From Yuukianura sp. NJ FZ-2021 (Eukaryota): a stretch of DNA of 64,000 bases. The DNA is taken from NCBI GenBank assembly GCA_046563655.1, contig CM102284.1, positions 8,246,001 through 8,310,000 on the forward strand. Direction: 5' to 3'. Under the pieces are notes generated by a model that was not told where the DNA came from, ran no database searches, and worked only from the letters and a program-made list of their open reading frames with translations. The stretch's first letter is position 1; every line of letters starts with the position of its first letter. Of the stretch, positions 63,642 to 64,000 are shown in pieces. Both the position numbers and the translations under genes were made by a program.

Positions 63642-64000
63642 ACAAAAAATTGATTAGTGTATCAAAAAAATCGTCTCAAAATCGTTTTTTTACATGATTT
63701 TCTAAATAAAGATTTTAGGAATTCTTGAATCTCATCAACCTGTAGTTTGTTTTTACTGTTACAAAACGTTTCATAATTTTTACGGCAAAAACATTCACAA
63801 CCTTTGAGACGGCAAAATATTTGACTTTTTGACTAATTTTGACTTTTGCGATTTTGACGTGTGAGTTCTTTTCTGAGTTTGGTTTGCGAAGACTTCAAAG
63901 CAGGAAAATTGTTGACCTTTGACCTCTCCGGAAGGCACATTTATTTGGCCGCTTTCAAATTTTGAGCCAAGTTCTCCGCCAGTTTATCCAGAAACTGAAA

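Overview
Eukaryotic, AT-rich, intron-containing genomic DNA. An arthropod is likely, inferred from insect-type TTAGG motifs, short introns and the gene families present. No prokaryotic system, CRISPR array or rRNA is present. Spliced gene models were assembled by hand from the ORF fragments and splice sites. From left to right they are: (1) a cyclic-nucleotide-gated channel alpha subunit (minus strand, ATG 21235, running off the left edge) with a GC-AG intron; (2) one possible and one probable orphan gene at 22.7-24.9 kb; (3) dyskerin; (4) Integrator subunit 4; (5) a GT49/B4GAT1-like glycosyltransferase; (6) two tandem divergent tetraspanins, one with a ~400-aa C-terminal tail; (7) a divergent single-ORF CFAP20/Bug22 paralog with a Thr/Pro-repeat tail; (8) the TRIP12/ctrip HECT E3 ligase; (9) a SOCS6-like gene; (10) a multi-pass membrane protein. 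Introns and intergenic DNA hold about nine non-autonomous DNA transposons, eight of them with readable TIRs and target-site duplications (hAT-, MULE/Foldback-, PIF/Harbinger-, Tc1/pogo-, P- or hAT- and Merlin-like). There are also tRNA-derived elements and many minisatellites. The most notable oddities are the long-tailed tetraspanin, the CFAP20 paralog, (TTTGACC)n heptamer runs at 3' splice sites, an acidic cassette exon in TRIP12 and the GC-AG intron. Family assignments rest on recognised motifs, not on database searches.
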